A stretch of 64,000 nucleotides of DNA, from positions 2,905 to 66,904 of the forward strand of contig CAZMSH010000006.1 in the NCBI GenBank assembly GCA_964568875.1, in the 5' to 3' direction. The notes under the pieces were generated by a model. It was not told the DNA's origin, made no database searches, and worked only from the letters and a program-made list of their open reading frames with translations. Both the position numbers and the translations under genes were made by a program. Origin of the DNA: an uncultured Rikenellaceae bacterium. GTDB lineage: Bacteria; Bacteroidota; Bacteroidia; Bacteroidales; VadinHA17. Position 1 is the stretch's first letter; the number at the start of each line of letters is the position of its first letter. Shown piece after piece: positions 34,117 through 43,938 of the stretch.

Positions 34117-34623
34117 TTACCTGGGAAGTACTACTGAATCAATAACATGTATTACACCATTTGAACCTTTCAGGTCTGCTGCAACAACGTAAGCCGAGTT
34201 GCCTGATTCGTCAGTAAGTTTAACCTTGCCCATATCGAGAGTAACCGTAAGCTTACCTCCGCTGACGGTAGTGACAACAGCCTTTCCGTTTCCTGCATTT
34301 ACTGCAGCAATAACAGCAGCAGCATCAAGATTACCACTTACCACATGATAGGTAAGGATCTTTGCCAACTGTGACTTGTTCTCGGGCTTAAGAAGACCCT
34401 CAACAGTTCCTTCAGGAAGTTTTGCAAATGCTGCATTTGTCGGAGCAAAAACGGTAAATGGCCCTTCACTCTTAAGTGTGGCTACCAAATCAGCTGCCTT
34501 AACCGCAGCTACCAAAGTTGTATGATCTGCCGATCCAACAGCTATATCAACAACATCTTTATCCTGGCCGAAAGCACTCATCGTGAACACCGAGGCAATC
34601 ATAATAGCGAATAACTTTTTCAT
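34117..34623 (-). CDS. Fasciclin (FAS1) domain protein, single domain
   Basis: [17 protein letters not shown] and YHVVSG motifs. Signal peptide. Confidence 0.85.
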   Translation of the reverse strand: MKKLFAIMIASVFTMSAFGQDKDVVDIAVGSADHTTLVAAVKAADLVATLKSEGPFTVFAPTNAAFAKLPEGTVEGLLKPENKSQLAKILTYHVVSGNLDAAAVIAAVNAGNGKAVVTTVSGGKLTVTLDMGKVKLTDESGNSAYVVAADLKGSNGVIHVIDSVVLPR

Positions 34624-34719
34624 AATGTTTGTTTTTTATGTTTGTCTAACATTTTATATATTGTATTAAACATTTTGCTTGTAATATTGTTCATTATTTA
34701 AGAACATATATTAGTCATT

Positions 34720-35310
34720 ATGAAAAAGTACATTAACAAATACCGAATATTACTGACAACATTATTAATAAGCACCACGGCTATGGCATCAGGAAAGACA
34801 GAAGAGCAGAAGTATACCGTTGTTTCTTCAAACAAAGAGTTTGAAATAAGGTTCTATCCGTCAGCCACTTTGGCTACGGTATATTCTACAGCAACCTCCT
34901 ACAGGGAACTTTCCGGTCCGGGATTCAGGGCACTTGCAGGCTATATTTTTGGTGGCAATGAGAGTGAAACAAAAATATCCATGACTTCACCGGTTCACAT
35001 GAATATTTCCGGAGACCGCTCTGCGATGAGTTTTGTAATGCCTTCATCATACAACACAGAGAACCTTCCGAAGCCAGACAACTCAAGAGTGATTATAGAG
35101 GATAGTCGTGATGAGTATGTAGCGGTAATAAGGTTTTCAGGTTACGCATCTGATGATGCAATAAGGAAGCAGTCAGAAAAGCTCCGTAAATTGCTGATAG
35201 AAAACAATATAGAATACTATGGCAACTTCCGTTATCTTGGATACAATCCGCCCTACCAGTTTATAAACAGAAGGAATGAGGTTATTGTATCGGTGAAGTG
35301 GGAGAAATAG
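34720..35310 (+). CDS. SOUL heme-binding family protein
   Basis: GFRALAGYIFGGN, ISMTSPV, and C-terminal YNPPYQFINRRNEV. Confidence 0.8.
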   Translation: MKKYINKYRILLTTLLISTTAMASGKTEEQKYTVVSSNKEFEIRFYPSATLATVYSTATSYRELSGPGFRALAGYIFGGNESETKISMTSPVHMNISGDRSAMSFVMPSSYNTENLPKPDNSRVIIEDSRDEYVAVIRFSGYASDDAIRKQSEKLRKLLIENNIEYYGNFRYLGYNPPYQFINRRNEVIVSVKWEK

Positions 35311-35464
35311 GCAATTTTCTGTTATTGGCTTTCGCCGGGCCTCCACCAGGTCGTGGGTTTGCTGCATATGTTTTCAAATAGTTATATTTGTAAACATAAC
35401 ATCCAGAGCTATGACAGTTGCATAATGTATGTGAAATTTATCAAGCTCTGAAATTGGCAACCAG

Positions 35465-36493
35465 ATGATTATGGCTTCAAAAAACCTTATCCCCGTCATA
35501 CTCTTCAGCATTCTTCTTTTATTAGCATCATGCAGTAAAGAAGAACCACCAAACGGTCCTCCTGTTGCTGATTTTACTGTGAAGGAGCTTGTTGATGAGA
35601 TTGTCCTTACAGACAACTCAACCGACCCTGAAGGAGATTCCCTAAGACTAAGCTGGTCAGTATCCTCACCCGGTTTCACTCTTTCAGGCACAAACCAACG
35701 AGAGGTCTTTTTCAATATACCTCTGCTTGATAACCCCACCGATATCACTGTTGAACTTAAGGTTAGTGACCTGCTCCATGAGACAGTTATACAGAAGGAC
35801 ATTACCATTCCTGTACTTACAGATATCAGGTTGATGGGTCTGGGTATAACAGAACAATCTAAGAAGAGTAATGAAGCAGGATATGAGTGGTACATTGACC
35901 AGGCTAACACAGGTGCCCACAGCGGTGTAAACTGTGGTCCCGCATCGGTGACCATGGCAATAAAATGGGCCAACAGTCTCTTCACAGGAACAGCTGAAGA
36001 TGCAAGGAATATGTACCGCCCGGGTGGAGGATGGTGGTATACGAGTGACATAATCAACTACCTGAATCATCATGAGGTAAATAACTATGTTGTATCCCTT
36101 GGCAGCATAAATAAAATAAAAGAGGAACTGGATAATGGCAACGTCGTCATCCTCTGCCTCGACATGCATTACATCAGGAATGAAAGCAAGATCAAATGGC
36201 ATATTGACAGATTCTATAATGCACAAAATCCGGGATGGGGTCACTTTATAGTTGTCAAAGGCTACAGAGTGGTTGACAACAATCTGCACTTCGAAGTATA
36301 TGATCCATATGGCTATGGTAAAACCTACACCACCGGCCAGCCAAAAGGTAAAAACAGGTACTACAGAAGTGAAGATATTGATTATTCAACAGGAATCTGG
36401 TGGGACTACGCCATAGTCGTATCCCGCACATCCGGCAAGGGCGATGATGCTCTTGATCCTGCAACCATACCGCACAAATGGGGCGGTCGGTAG
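35465..36493 (+). CDS. Lipoprotein with PKD-like domain and papain-like (peptidase C39-like) domain
   Basis: Lipobox LLASC. PKD-like NSTDPEGDSL. GVNCGPASVTMAIKW candidate catalytic Cys region and a later GWGHF. Confidence 0.55.
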   Translation: MIMASKNLIPVILFSILLLLASCSKEEPPNGPPVADFTVKELVDEIVLTDNSTDPEGDSLRLSWSVSSPGFTLSGTNQREVFFNIPLLDNPTDITVELKVSDLLHETVIQKDITIPVLTDIRLMGLGITEQSKKSNEAGYEWYIDQANTGAHSGVNCGPASVTMAIKWANSLFTGTAEDARNMYRPGGGWWYTSDIINYLNHHEVNNYVVSLGSINKIKEELDNGNVVILCLDMHYIRNESKIKWHIDRFYNAQNPGWGHFIVVKGYRVVDNNLHFEVYDPYGYGKTYTTGQPKGKNRYYRSEDIDYSTGIWWDYAIVVSRTSGKGDDALDPATIPHKWGGR

Positions 36494-36571
36494 ATTGCCG
36501 CGTTTCTCAATAAGCAAAGCCGATACAGCAGCAACAGAATCTATCCTATACCTCATCACAGTAAAATAACC

Positions 36572-36949
36572 ATGGAGATTAAGATTAAAGCCATTGGGTA
36601 CGTAAAGAACGATTTCGACAGGGCTGAACGCAACCAGGCCGACAGCATAATGCGATCAGTATCAACCATCGAGGTCCTCGACGAATTCGCTGACGGTCTC
36701 TACAAGATTGAAAATTACAAAGAGCTTAACATCCTCTTCCACTTCAACAGGTCAGAGGGCTTCGACCTCCAGACCACCACCCACTCAGGCGACTTCCGCG
36801 GGGTATTCGCATGCTGCTCACCACGGCGCCCGAACGGAATAGGGCTTACCCGTGTAGTATTGCTGGAACGCAGGGGCAACATACTCAAAGTGACAGGTCT
36901 CGACGCTCTTAATAACACCCCGGTGATAGATATAAAGCCGGTGATATGA
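36572..36949 (+). CDS. TrmO/TsaA-like (YaeB family) domain protein
   Basis: RRPNGIGLTRVVLLERRGNILKVTGLDALNNTPVIDIKP. Confidence 0.7.
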   Translation: MEIKIKAIGYVKNDFDRAERNQADSIMRSVSTIEVLDEFADGLYKIENYKELNILFHFNRSEGFDLQTTTHSGDFRGVFACCSPRRPNGIGLTRVVLLERRGNILKVTGLDALNNTPVIDIKPVI

Positions 36950-37320
36950 GGGGAAGGGCGTAGGATGGCGTAGGATGGCGTAAAGGGCGTAGGATGGCGT
37001 AAAGGGCGTAGGATGGCGTAAATGGCGTAAAAGGCGTATAATGGCGTAGCAGGGGAGAAGGGCGTAAATGGCGTAAAAGGCGTAAAGGGCGTAGAAGGGC
37101 GTAAAAGGCAGGATGGCGTAGGATGCCGTAGCTGGGCAGGGGATTTCAGATATCAGGTTAACGATTTCAGATTTGCGTTGATGATTTCACTGCGGTCAAA
37201 CAGAGTTGTGGACGAAAAGGGAAATTAGCGGAGTGAAGGGTGCAGGTTGCAGGTTGCAGGGTGCAGGTTGCAGGTTACAGGTTGCAAGTTACAGGTTGCA
37301 GGTTACTGGTTTTTATTTTA
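36950..37320. repeat. Mosaic repeat locus L11, the largest array (~370 bp)
   Basis: About 16 GGCGTA-based 9-10-nt units (36957..37130), a GATTTCA block (37141..37190), a degenerate M2-like segment, then 10 tandem TTGCAGG-type heptamers (37240..37309). Confidence 0.9.
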
Positions 37321-37379
37321 TCGGGGGAAATATTACTTTTAGGCGTTCAGCCAATATCGTCAGCTCTTAATAACAGAAT

Positions 37380-37853
37380 ATGGAGAATGTTAACTATGAT
37401 ACGGACCTGACCTCAGACGACATTATCTTAACTGCTGAATCGGTCAGGGAGTTATGGTCAAAAACCTATAACACCGAAGGAAAGCCCGACTGGTCACACA
37501 TACTTCCTTACTACGACAAGGATATAGTTTTCAGGGACAGCATCCAGGAATTGCACGGCATCGAAGCCTTCACCGAGATGACCGAAAGGCTTGCAAAGCG
37601 ATCGAAAGACCTGAAGATGAGGATCGTCAGTGCTGTTCAGCACGGAAGCCTCATTTTCCTCGAATGGGAAATGACCATCAGCTACAAGAAGAATCCGAGT
37701 TCGATACTATACGGCTGCAGCAGAATTACAATCAACGATAAAGGTAAAATAGCGGAACAGAGAGACTATTACGATCTGTGGGGTGATATATTCGACAATA
37801 TTCCAAGGTTCGGAAAGGCCTACCGCAGGTTTATGAGGAAGAAGTTCGGATGA
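37380..37853 (+). CDS. NTF2-like (SnoaL-type) domain protein
   Basis: 157 aa with a size and pattern typical of the SnoaL-like fold. Weak call. Confidence 0.5.
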   Translation: MENVNYDTDLTSDDIILTAESVRELWSKTYNTEGKPDWSHILPYYDKDIVFRDSIQELHGIEAFTEMTERLAKRSKDLKMRIVSAVQHGSLIFLEWEMTISYKKNPSSILYGCSRITINDKGKIAEQRDYYDLWGDIFDNIPRFGKAYRRFMRKKFG

Positions 37854-37968
37854 CAAGAGTTGCCGGAAAAGGGTATCTGATAACAGTCGGTGGAAGAGGA
37901 GACCTGGTAACAGGCAAAAGAAAACAGGTGCAGAAAAGCAGTCAGGAGGTTCTGAAAAATAATACGCG

Positions 37969-38982
37969 ATGAGGAAGAGCAAATTCAGAAAATACTTCAG
38001 CGAGTACAGGTGGTCGAACATAGCCGCAATGATAAGGAACGGCCGTTCAGAGCCGGCGACCTGCGATGAGTCCTTCACCAACAAGCTCGTCGTTATTACA
38101 GGTGCCACATCGGGCATCGGCTACCATACAGCCCGTAAATATGCCTCACAAGGCGCCAACCTGCTCTGCATAAACCGCAATCCGGAGAAATCAGAAGCAC
38201 TGAAGCATGAAATCGAATCAGAATTCAGCGTATCATGCGACTATAAAATCGCAGACCTGAGCATCCTAAACGACATTTTCAGGGTTTCGCAAGAGTTGGC
38301 TAAACTGACCGTCCCCATTGACGTGCTGATCCACAACGCAGGCATCTATCTGACAAAGAGAGACATAACCGACGATGGTCTCGAAAAGGTCCTGGTGGTC
38401 CATTACCTCTCCTCCTTCATCATCAATTATACCCTGATGCAAAAGCTGAAAACACAGCAAAAAGCCCGCATCATCATGGTAGGCTCTGAGGCGCACCGCT
38501 TTGTGGCGTGGGGCCTGAGGCTTGATGACCTGAGCTGGGAAAAGCGAAGGTATTCAGGCATAGGCAGTTATGGAGCAGCGAAGACAGCCCAGCTGTTGTC
38601 GATGATAGTTTTCAATGATATCTTCAGGAACTCAGGGGTTACAATAAACACCATGCATCCCGGCGCAGTAAAGACCGACACCGGCCAGGAGAACGGTCCG
38701 GTATACAAGTGGTTCAAGAAGAATTTCATGGACAGGGGCTTGCGTTCGCCTGAGGTTTCTGCCGAAGCGCTCTACTTTCTAGGAGCAGCAAAAGAGGTTG
38801 AAAATGTCAGCGGCAAGTTTTTCAGCCTGACCACACAGGAGGAACCTGCCCCACCCTCCCTCGACAGGGAGGTGGCATATGAACTTTGGGATATTACCAT
38901 TAATTTAGCAGGACTGGAGAAGCCAGATACTTTAAATTTAATGGCAGCAGGAGAATCAACAGAAAAACCACAAAACCAATAG
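37969..38982 (+). CDS. Short-chain dehydrogenase/reductase (SDR)
   Basis: VVITGATSGIG, NNAG-type HNAGI, YGAAK (YxxxK). Confidence 0.85.
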   Translation: MRKSKFRKYFSEYRWSNIAAMIRNGRSEPATCDESFTNKLVVITGATSGIGYHTARKYASQGANLLCINRNPEKSEALKHEIESEFSVSCDYKIADLSILNDIFRVSQELAKLTVPIDVLIHNAGIYLTKRDITDDGLEKVLVVHYLSSFIINYTLMQKLKTQQKARIIMVGSEAHRFVAWGLRLDDLSWEKRRYSGIGSYGAAKTAQLLSMIVFNDIFRNSGVTINTMHPGAVKTDTGQENGPVYKWFKKNFMDRGLRSPEVSAEALYFLGAAKEVENVSGKFFSLTTQEEPAPPSLDREVAYELWDITINLAGLEKPDTLNLMAAGESTEKPQNQ

Positions 38983-39022
38983 CAGAATAATCAACTAAAA
39001 GCAGTCTGAGAGCTCAAAATGA

Positions 39023-40624
39023 ATGAATATGGCTGATAACAGATACGATACAATCGTCGTTGGTGGTGGCATTGCAGGTCTGACCGCGACTGTTTATCTG
39101 GCCCGGGCCGGAAGGAAGGTGTTGCTTGTCGAGAAAAACAAGGAGTGCGGTGGACTGGTTAACACATTCTCTCACAACGGTTTTCATTTTGATGCCGGGG
39201 TAAGGGCCCTGCTTGATGCAGGCATCATTTTCACCATGCTGAAGGATCTTAACATTGAGCTTGACGTGGTTAAGAGTCCTGTTTCTCTCGGCATCGGTAA
39301 TGAGATTATCCATATCAGGGATATCAGCAACCTGGAAGATTACCGCAACCTGCTGAAGAAATTCTATCCGGCAAGCTCAGAGGAGATCGATGAAGTTCTC
39401 AGGATCATCAGGAAGATAATGAAGCACATGGATGTACTCTATGGTATTGAGAATCCGGTCTTCAAGGACCTGAAGCGCGATGTAGGGTTTATATTCAAAA
39501 AGATACTGCCGTGGTTTCCGAGATTTCTGTTTACCGTCAGGAAGATAAACCATATGAATGCCCCTGTTGAGGAGTATCTGAAAGATATCGTCACCGATCC
39601 TTCCCTGAGGGATATGATAGCCCAGCACTTCTTTAAGAACACCCCTTCATTCTTTGCCCTCAGTTACTTTTCGCTCTACCTCGACTATTTCTATCCCCTC
39701 GGCGGAGTGGGCAGGCTGGCGGAGGTATTGCAGGAGAAGCTTAATGAATTTGGAGGGGAAATAAAGACAGAAACCACTATTACCGAGGTATTTCCTGATA
39801 AACATATAGCTAAGGACGACAAGGGAGTAAGCTATGAGTACAAAGACCTTATCTGGGCTGCCGACCTGAAAATGCTTTACCGGATCACCAATACGGCGAA
39901 TCTGGCAGATGATACAAGGGCAGCAATTGAGCAGGTTCAGGCCGGTTATATGAAAAACAGGGGTGGTGACTCTGTGTTTACCCTCTTCGTTGAGGTTGAT
40001 GAGCCTCTTGAAAGCTTCAGTAAGATTGGTCACGGACATTTCTTCTACACACCTTCGCCACAGGGCCTCGGCGAAACGCATCGCAGTGACCTCGACGATC
40101 TGCTGAACAGATTTGCTGAGGCCGGAAAGGAGGAGGTACTGGCCTGGCTCGACAGGTTTACCGCCCTGAACACCTACGAGATTTCGATTCCCGGCCTCAA
40201 GGACCCGGCCCTGGTTCCCCCGGGAAAAACAGGAGTGATAATAAGCCTGCTGGCCGAGTACGACTTGTTCAAAAAAGTTGAGGAAGCCGGGTGGCTTGAG
40301 GAATTTATTCGCGAATTGGAGGAGCGGATTGTGAAGGTGGTTTCGGATTCTGTATACCCGATGCTGAAGGATAAGGTAATTGATCGCTTTTCATTTACTC
40401 CGCTGAGCATTGAAAAGAGGATCAACAGCTCTGAGGGGGGTATAACGGGCTGGGCTTTCACCGATTCAATGCCTGTCATCAACAAGATACAGATAGCCGA
40501 CCGGTCGGTGTTTACTCCGATACCGTCGGTTTACCAGGCCGGACAGTGGGTTTACAGTCCGGGCGGCGTGCCCATGTCGATACTCACAGGCAAGCTGGCC
40601 GCCGACAGGGCGCTTAAAAAGTAA
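39023..40624 (+). CDS. FAD/NAD(P)-dependent oxidoreductase, phytoene desaturase (CrtI)-like family
   Basis: YDTIVVGGGIAGLTATVYLARAGRKVLLVEK dinucleotide-binding motif. 533 aa. Confidence 0.8.
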   Translation: MNMADNRYDTIVVGGGIAGLTATVYLARAGRKVLLVEKNKECGGLVNTFSHNGFHFDAGVRALLDAGIIFTMLKDLNIELDVVKSPVSLGIGNEIIHIRDISNLEDYRNLLKKFYPASSEEIDEVLRIIRKIMKHMDVLYGIENPVFKDLKRDVGFIFKKILPWFPRFLFTVRKINHMNAPVEEYLKDIVTDPSLRDMIAQHFFKNTPSFFALSYFSLYLDYFYPLGGVGRLAEVLQEKLNEFGGEIKTETTITEVFPDKHIAKDDKGVSYEYKDLIWAADLKMLYRITNTANLADDTRAAIEQVQAGYMKNRGGDSVFTLFVEVDEPLESFSKIGHGHFFYTPSPQGLGETHRSDLDDLLNRFAEAGKEEVLAWLDRFTALNTYEISIPGLKDPALVPPGKTGVIISLLAEYDLFKKVEEAGWLEEFIRELEERIVKVVSDSVYPMLKDKVIDRFSFTPLSIEKRINSSEGGITGWAFTDSMPVINKIQIADRSVFTPIPSVYQAGQWVYSPGGVPMSILTGKLAADRALKK

Positions 40625-40802
40625 TGAGCCCGTTCGAAGTGTTCTGCACAAAGAACAATTAGCAACAGTATTGCAGCATTACTTCTGTAACAAACAGGAT
40701 TGTTACAGCCGGTACAGCTACTAAACTCATTACATAGATATCTGAAATATATTTTACAATTATTTCACTATTTTTACTGATGCAATACATAATCAGAACC
40801 GC

Positions 40803-41768
40803 ATGAAAAGATTTCTACTACTTCATTTGCTGGTAATTATGACAGTCTTGTCAGAGGGGCAAACGATCAGATATTTCACGGAAGATAACAAGATAACAAA
40901 GAAAGAATCCAAGGCAAGTTACTACCTCCTCATCGAGGAAAGAAACAATGATAACTATTATCCCGTGCGCCAGTACGACAAAAAAGGGACACTCATATCA
41001 GAGGGTTTGTTCGCCGATCCGGATATAACAATCCGCATAGGAACGCATACCTGGTATTACTCTGATGGTACCATAAAAGAAATGTCAGAATTCCTGAACG
41101 GGATAAGAGATGGTATTACGAGGCACTATAGCCAACAGGGTAACCTGCTTAGTATCATAGAGTATATCAGTGGGCAGAATAAAGGTTATCAGAGGCACTA
41201 TTGGCCGGGAACAGATAAGCTAAAAATTTTGGTTATAGTTAGTGACAACAAGGAGCAAACACTAAGAAGGGAGTGGCTTGAGGACGGGACACTGGTATCG
41301 GAGGTAAGAATGAATAAAAACCTGTTGGATGGATTGGTGCAATTGTACTGGGAAGATGGATCCCTTAAAAGGAGAGATGTCTACAATATGGAGGTGCTTG
41401 AAGCAGGCAGTTGCTTAACCAGAGATGGTCTTGACACCACATGGTTTCCCTATCGCATACTACCAACCTTCAATGGTAAAAGTAATCCTGACGAAGCGGC
41501 CATCGAGTTCTCCAGATGGCTATCAAGAAAGGTAATCTATCCTACTTCAGCTTCAGAAAAAAAAATAGAAGGCAAAGTCCTGGTGGAATTCTTAGTTAAT
41601 GGTCAAGGAGAAGTTGTCAATCCCAGGGTGCTTTCACCAACCCATTCAACACTCAACAGGGCAGCAGTAAGAACTCTGCTGAAGAGTCCGCCATGGACAC
41701 CCGGTACTATTGAAGGAAAACCATCCACCTTCAGATATTTAGTGAGCGTTAATTTTTCCCTTAACTAA
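40803..41768 (+). CDS. MORN-variant repeat protein with TonB C-terminal domain
   Basis: Repeated G.....Y..G motifs. C-terminal GKVLVEFLVNGQGEVVNPRV...PPWTPG, TonB_C-like. Confidence 0.6.
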   Translation: MKRFLLLHLLVIMTVLSEGQTIRYFTEDNKITKKESKASYYLLIEERNNDNYYPVRQYDKKGTLISEGLFADPDITIRIGTHTWYYSDGTIKEMSEFLNGIRDGITRHYSQQGNLLSIIEYISGQNKGYQRHYWPGTDKLKILVIVSDNKEQTLRREWLEDGTLVSEVRMNKNLLDGLVQLYWEDGSLKRRDVYNMEVLEAGSCLTRDGLDTTWFPYRILPTFNGKSNPDEAAIEFSRWLSRKVIYPTSASEKKIEGKVLVEFLVNGQGEVVNPRVLSPTHSTLNRAAVRTLLKSPPWTPGTIEGKPSTFRYLVSVNFSLN

Positions 41769-41835
41769 TAATGATCCTGGTTTTAATATTGACCATTACC
41801 GTCTAAGCCAGAGGCAACTAACGTGGCACCGTTAC

Positions 41836-42273
41836 TTATCTCTGTATCGTTAAAACATTACCCGATCTTGTAACCGGATAAACAGCCAGGGGCTGGGTTG
41901 CAGGACCGTTGACGACTGCTCCGCCTATGGTGAACAATGATCCGTGGCAGGCACAGGGAAGATTGTTTGAGGCCGCACTGTACGACACTGTACAGCCGGC
42001 ATGGGTGCACAAGGCAGAGAGTGCAGTGAAATTACCGCCTCCTGTGTTTATCACTATGACGCCACTCACAACAACGTAACCTCCGTCGTTACTCAGAGCC
42101 GAGTATGCAGGCAGGGTGAGGTCTACCTGCAGTGATGTACCGCCGCTGCTACCGTTTCCGCCGGTATTATTCACGGGATCGGGTTCCTTTTCGCACGAAG
42201 CGAGCACTGAAGGAAGGACAACCAGCGTGGTGCCTCCCAGTGCAACCTTTCGAATTACTTCTCTTCTGTTCAT
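41836..42273 (-). CDS. Rieske [2Fe-2S] domain protein with Tat-type signal
   Basis: NRREVIRKVALGG. CTHAGC...CACHGS. Confidence 0.85.
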   Translation of the reverse strand: MNRREVIRKVALGGTTLVVLPSVLASCEKEPDPVNNTGGNGSSGGTSLQVDLTLPAYSALSNDGGYVVVSGVIVINTGGGNFTALSALCTHAGCTVSYSAASNNLPCACHGSLFTIGGAVVNGPATQPLAVYPVTRSGNVLTIQR

Positions 42274-42296
42274 ATTTATTCAGTTTTTAGATTTTA

Positions 42297-43148
42297 CTAT
42301 TTGAGATAAAAAACACGTACCAGGTTAAAACCAAAGTAGATATTGCCATCGAGCCATTTACCCTGAGTATCGGTAAGCACCGCCTTTTCGAACATGCCGG
42401 TTGAGTTGCTGAACATCAGCTGGAACTGGTGTCCGCCGGTGTCGATGTCAAATCCGAGTGAAAGGGGGTTCTCCCCAAAGAAAAATGGCTGATTAAAAAC
42501 AGGTATATACTGTACTGTGAAAGCCGTTCTGCGGGTAAATTTCAGGCTTGCCGTCACCGGCAGGGTAAACAGAGCAAGGTCATCGTTGAGCCTGGTCTCT
42601 AGATTATTTATGAAAAGGATTGGAGAGAGCTGCGCCGACAGTGCTCCCTGTTTGCGGGCCACGGCAACCTGTATAAAATAAGAACTGCGGGGCCACAGCC
42701 CACTGTTACCGGCTGGATAGATGCCCCTGAGGGTGTTCAGCGAATAACCAGTCACTCCGCTTATCGCAACAGGAAATCCTTCCTCCTTCTGACTTGCAAT
42801 GGCGACCTTGACAAACGCATCGTATGTTTTCCCGAAAGAACTGCGGCCCACCCCTGCTGCCAGCCGGTCGCTGAACCCGTAATCGAAGCCCAGTCTAATG
42901 GTTGCAAGGTCGAGGCCAAACACATCGTATAAACCCCCTCTTATATCTCCAAACCGGTGTCCGATTACAAACTGCAGCTCACCGGGCAACGGTAGTGCCG
43001 TTGAGTGCGTCATGCCCACGCGTGGCGAAATGAAAACACGTTCGGCATCCTGTGAATAGGTTTTTCCGGAACCGGCGAGTAACATTAGCAGAGCCAGTAA
43101 ACCCGCAAAAAAAGAATTGTTAATGCTGATGAAGAGTTTCTTTTTCAT
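42297..43148 (-). CDS. Beta-barrel protein, DUF5777-like
   Basis: Signal peptide. IGHRFGDIRGG...FGLD...IRLGFDYG. ATGA overlap with the upstream YceI gene. Confidence 0.65.
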   Translation of the reverse strand: MKKKLFISINNSFFAGLLALLMLLAGSGKTYSQDAERVFISPRVGMTHSTALPLPGELQFVIGHRFGDIRGGLYDVFGLDLATIRLGFDYGFSDRLAAGVGRSSFGKTYDAFVKVAIASQKEEGFPVAISGVTGYSLNTLRGIYPAGNSGLWPRSSYFIQVAVARKQGALSAQLSPILFINNLETRLNDDLALFTLPVTASLKFTRRTAFTVQYIPVFNQPFFFGENPLSLGFDIDTGGHQFQLMFSNSTGMFEKAVLTDTQGKWLDGNIYFGFNLVRVFYLK

Positions 43149-43726
43149 TTTTCTGAATTAATTGAATATAATACGCTTATGGTAACCTTTATCTCCTCGG
43201 CTATATTCTTTATAAGCATCCTCGGGATTTTAATACCGAAGTCTGCCGGTCTGACAATGAATTCTGCCAGGGCATCCATTTCATCTGATGATCTCGTTAT
43301 TTCTACCACCTCATCTATTTCACGGGTAATGTCACGAATAGTCAGTTCGCCGGTTACGCGGGTGCGAAAGGTGGTTAGCGTTCCGTCATAAGGAGGGATC
43401 GGCTGAGCAAGCTTACCCCTGAAGGTAGCCACGGGAAACTTTTTGCTCTCCATGTACTGATCATTGAAATGCTGCTGCATAAGCCTCTTTCTGAACTCAA
43501 ATCCTGTAACAGGAACCGTGAACACAACCGTTGAATCGGCCGGATTGATGGAAGAGGTGAAAGAGCTGTTTTCGGCTTTGATATCCTCAACAGGAGTGGA
43601 TGAGAAAAACGATATCGATCCAGACTTCTGTGTGATGGCAGGCTGGGCACAGATATGGCTGAGGCTTCCTGCTGCAGTAAGCAGAAGCATCAGAGTCGTC
43701 AGTCGCAAAAAGTCTTTAAAAGCCAT
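43145..43726 (-). CDS. YceI-family periplasmic protein
   Basis: Signal peptide. SISFFSSTPVEDIKAENS, YceI-like pattern. Confidence 0.7.
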   Translation of the reverse strand: MAFKDFLRLTTLMLLLTAAGSLSHICAQPAITQKSGSISFFSSTPVEDIKAENSSFTSSINPADSTVVFTVPVTGFEFRKRLMQQHFNDQYMESKKFPVATFRGKLAQPIPPYDGTLTTFRTRVTGELTIRDITREIDEVVEITRSSDEMDALAEFIVRPADFGIKIPRMLIKNIAEEIKVTISVLYSINSEK

Positions 43727-43938
43727 CTTTTTACCTTTTGGGGTTTGTAAATGTCTTCACCGGATGACAATCATCAAACCTGATTTCATATATAACAATG
43801 ATATCAGAGAAAGGTTTGATTCTCAGTGAAATTAGCAGTGATACTTCTATATCTCCACAGAAAACCACCGCATCATCGTTTGTGAAATAATTGTTACTTT
43901 TAGACCCGTTCAGGTTTAATTCATAAATAAGACATAAA

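Noticed and set aside
35374-36289. Minus-strand ORFs of 227 and 201 aa (35374-36057, 35684-36289).
   Set aside because: They are antisense to the PKD/C39-like lipoprotein gene, which has a signal peptide and domain logic. The antisense ORFs have no motifs.
36950-37320. Possible CRISPR array, because of regularly spaced short repeats.
   Set aside because: The units are only 7-10 nt and directly abutting, with no 25-40-nt unique spacers. No cas genes are in the window.
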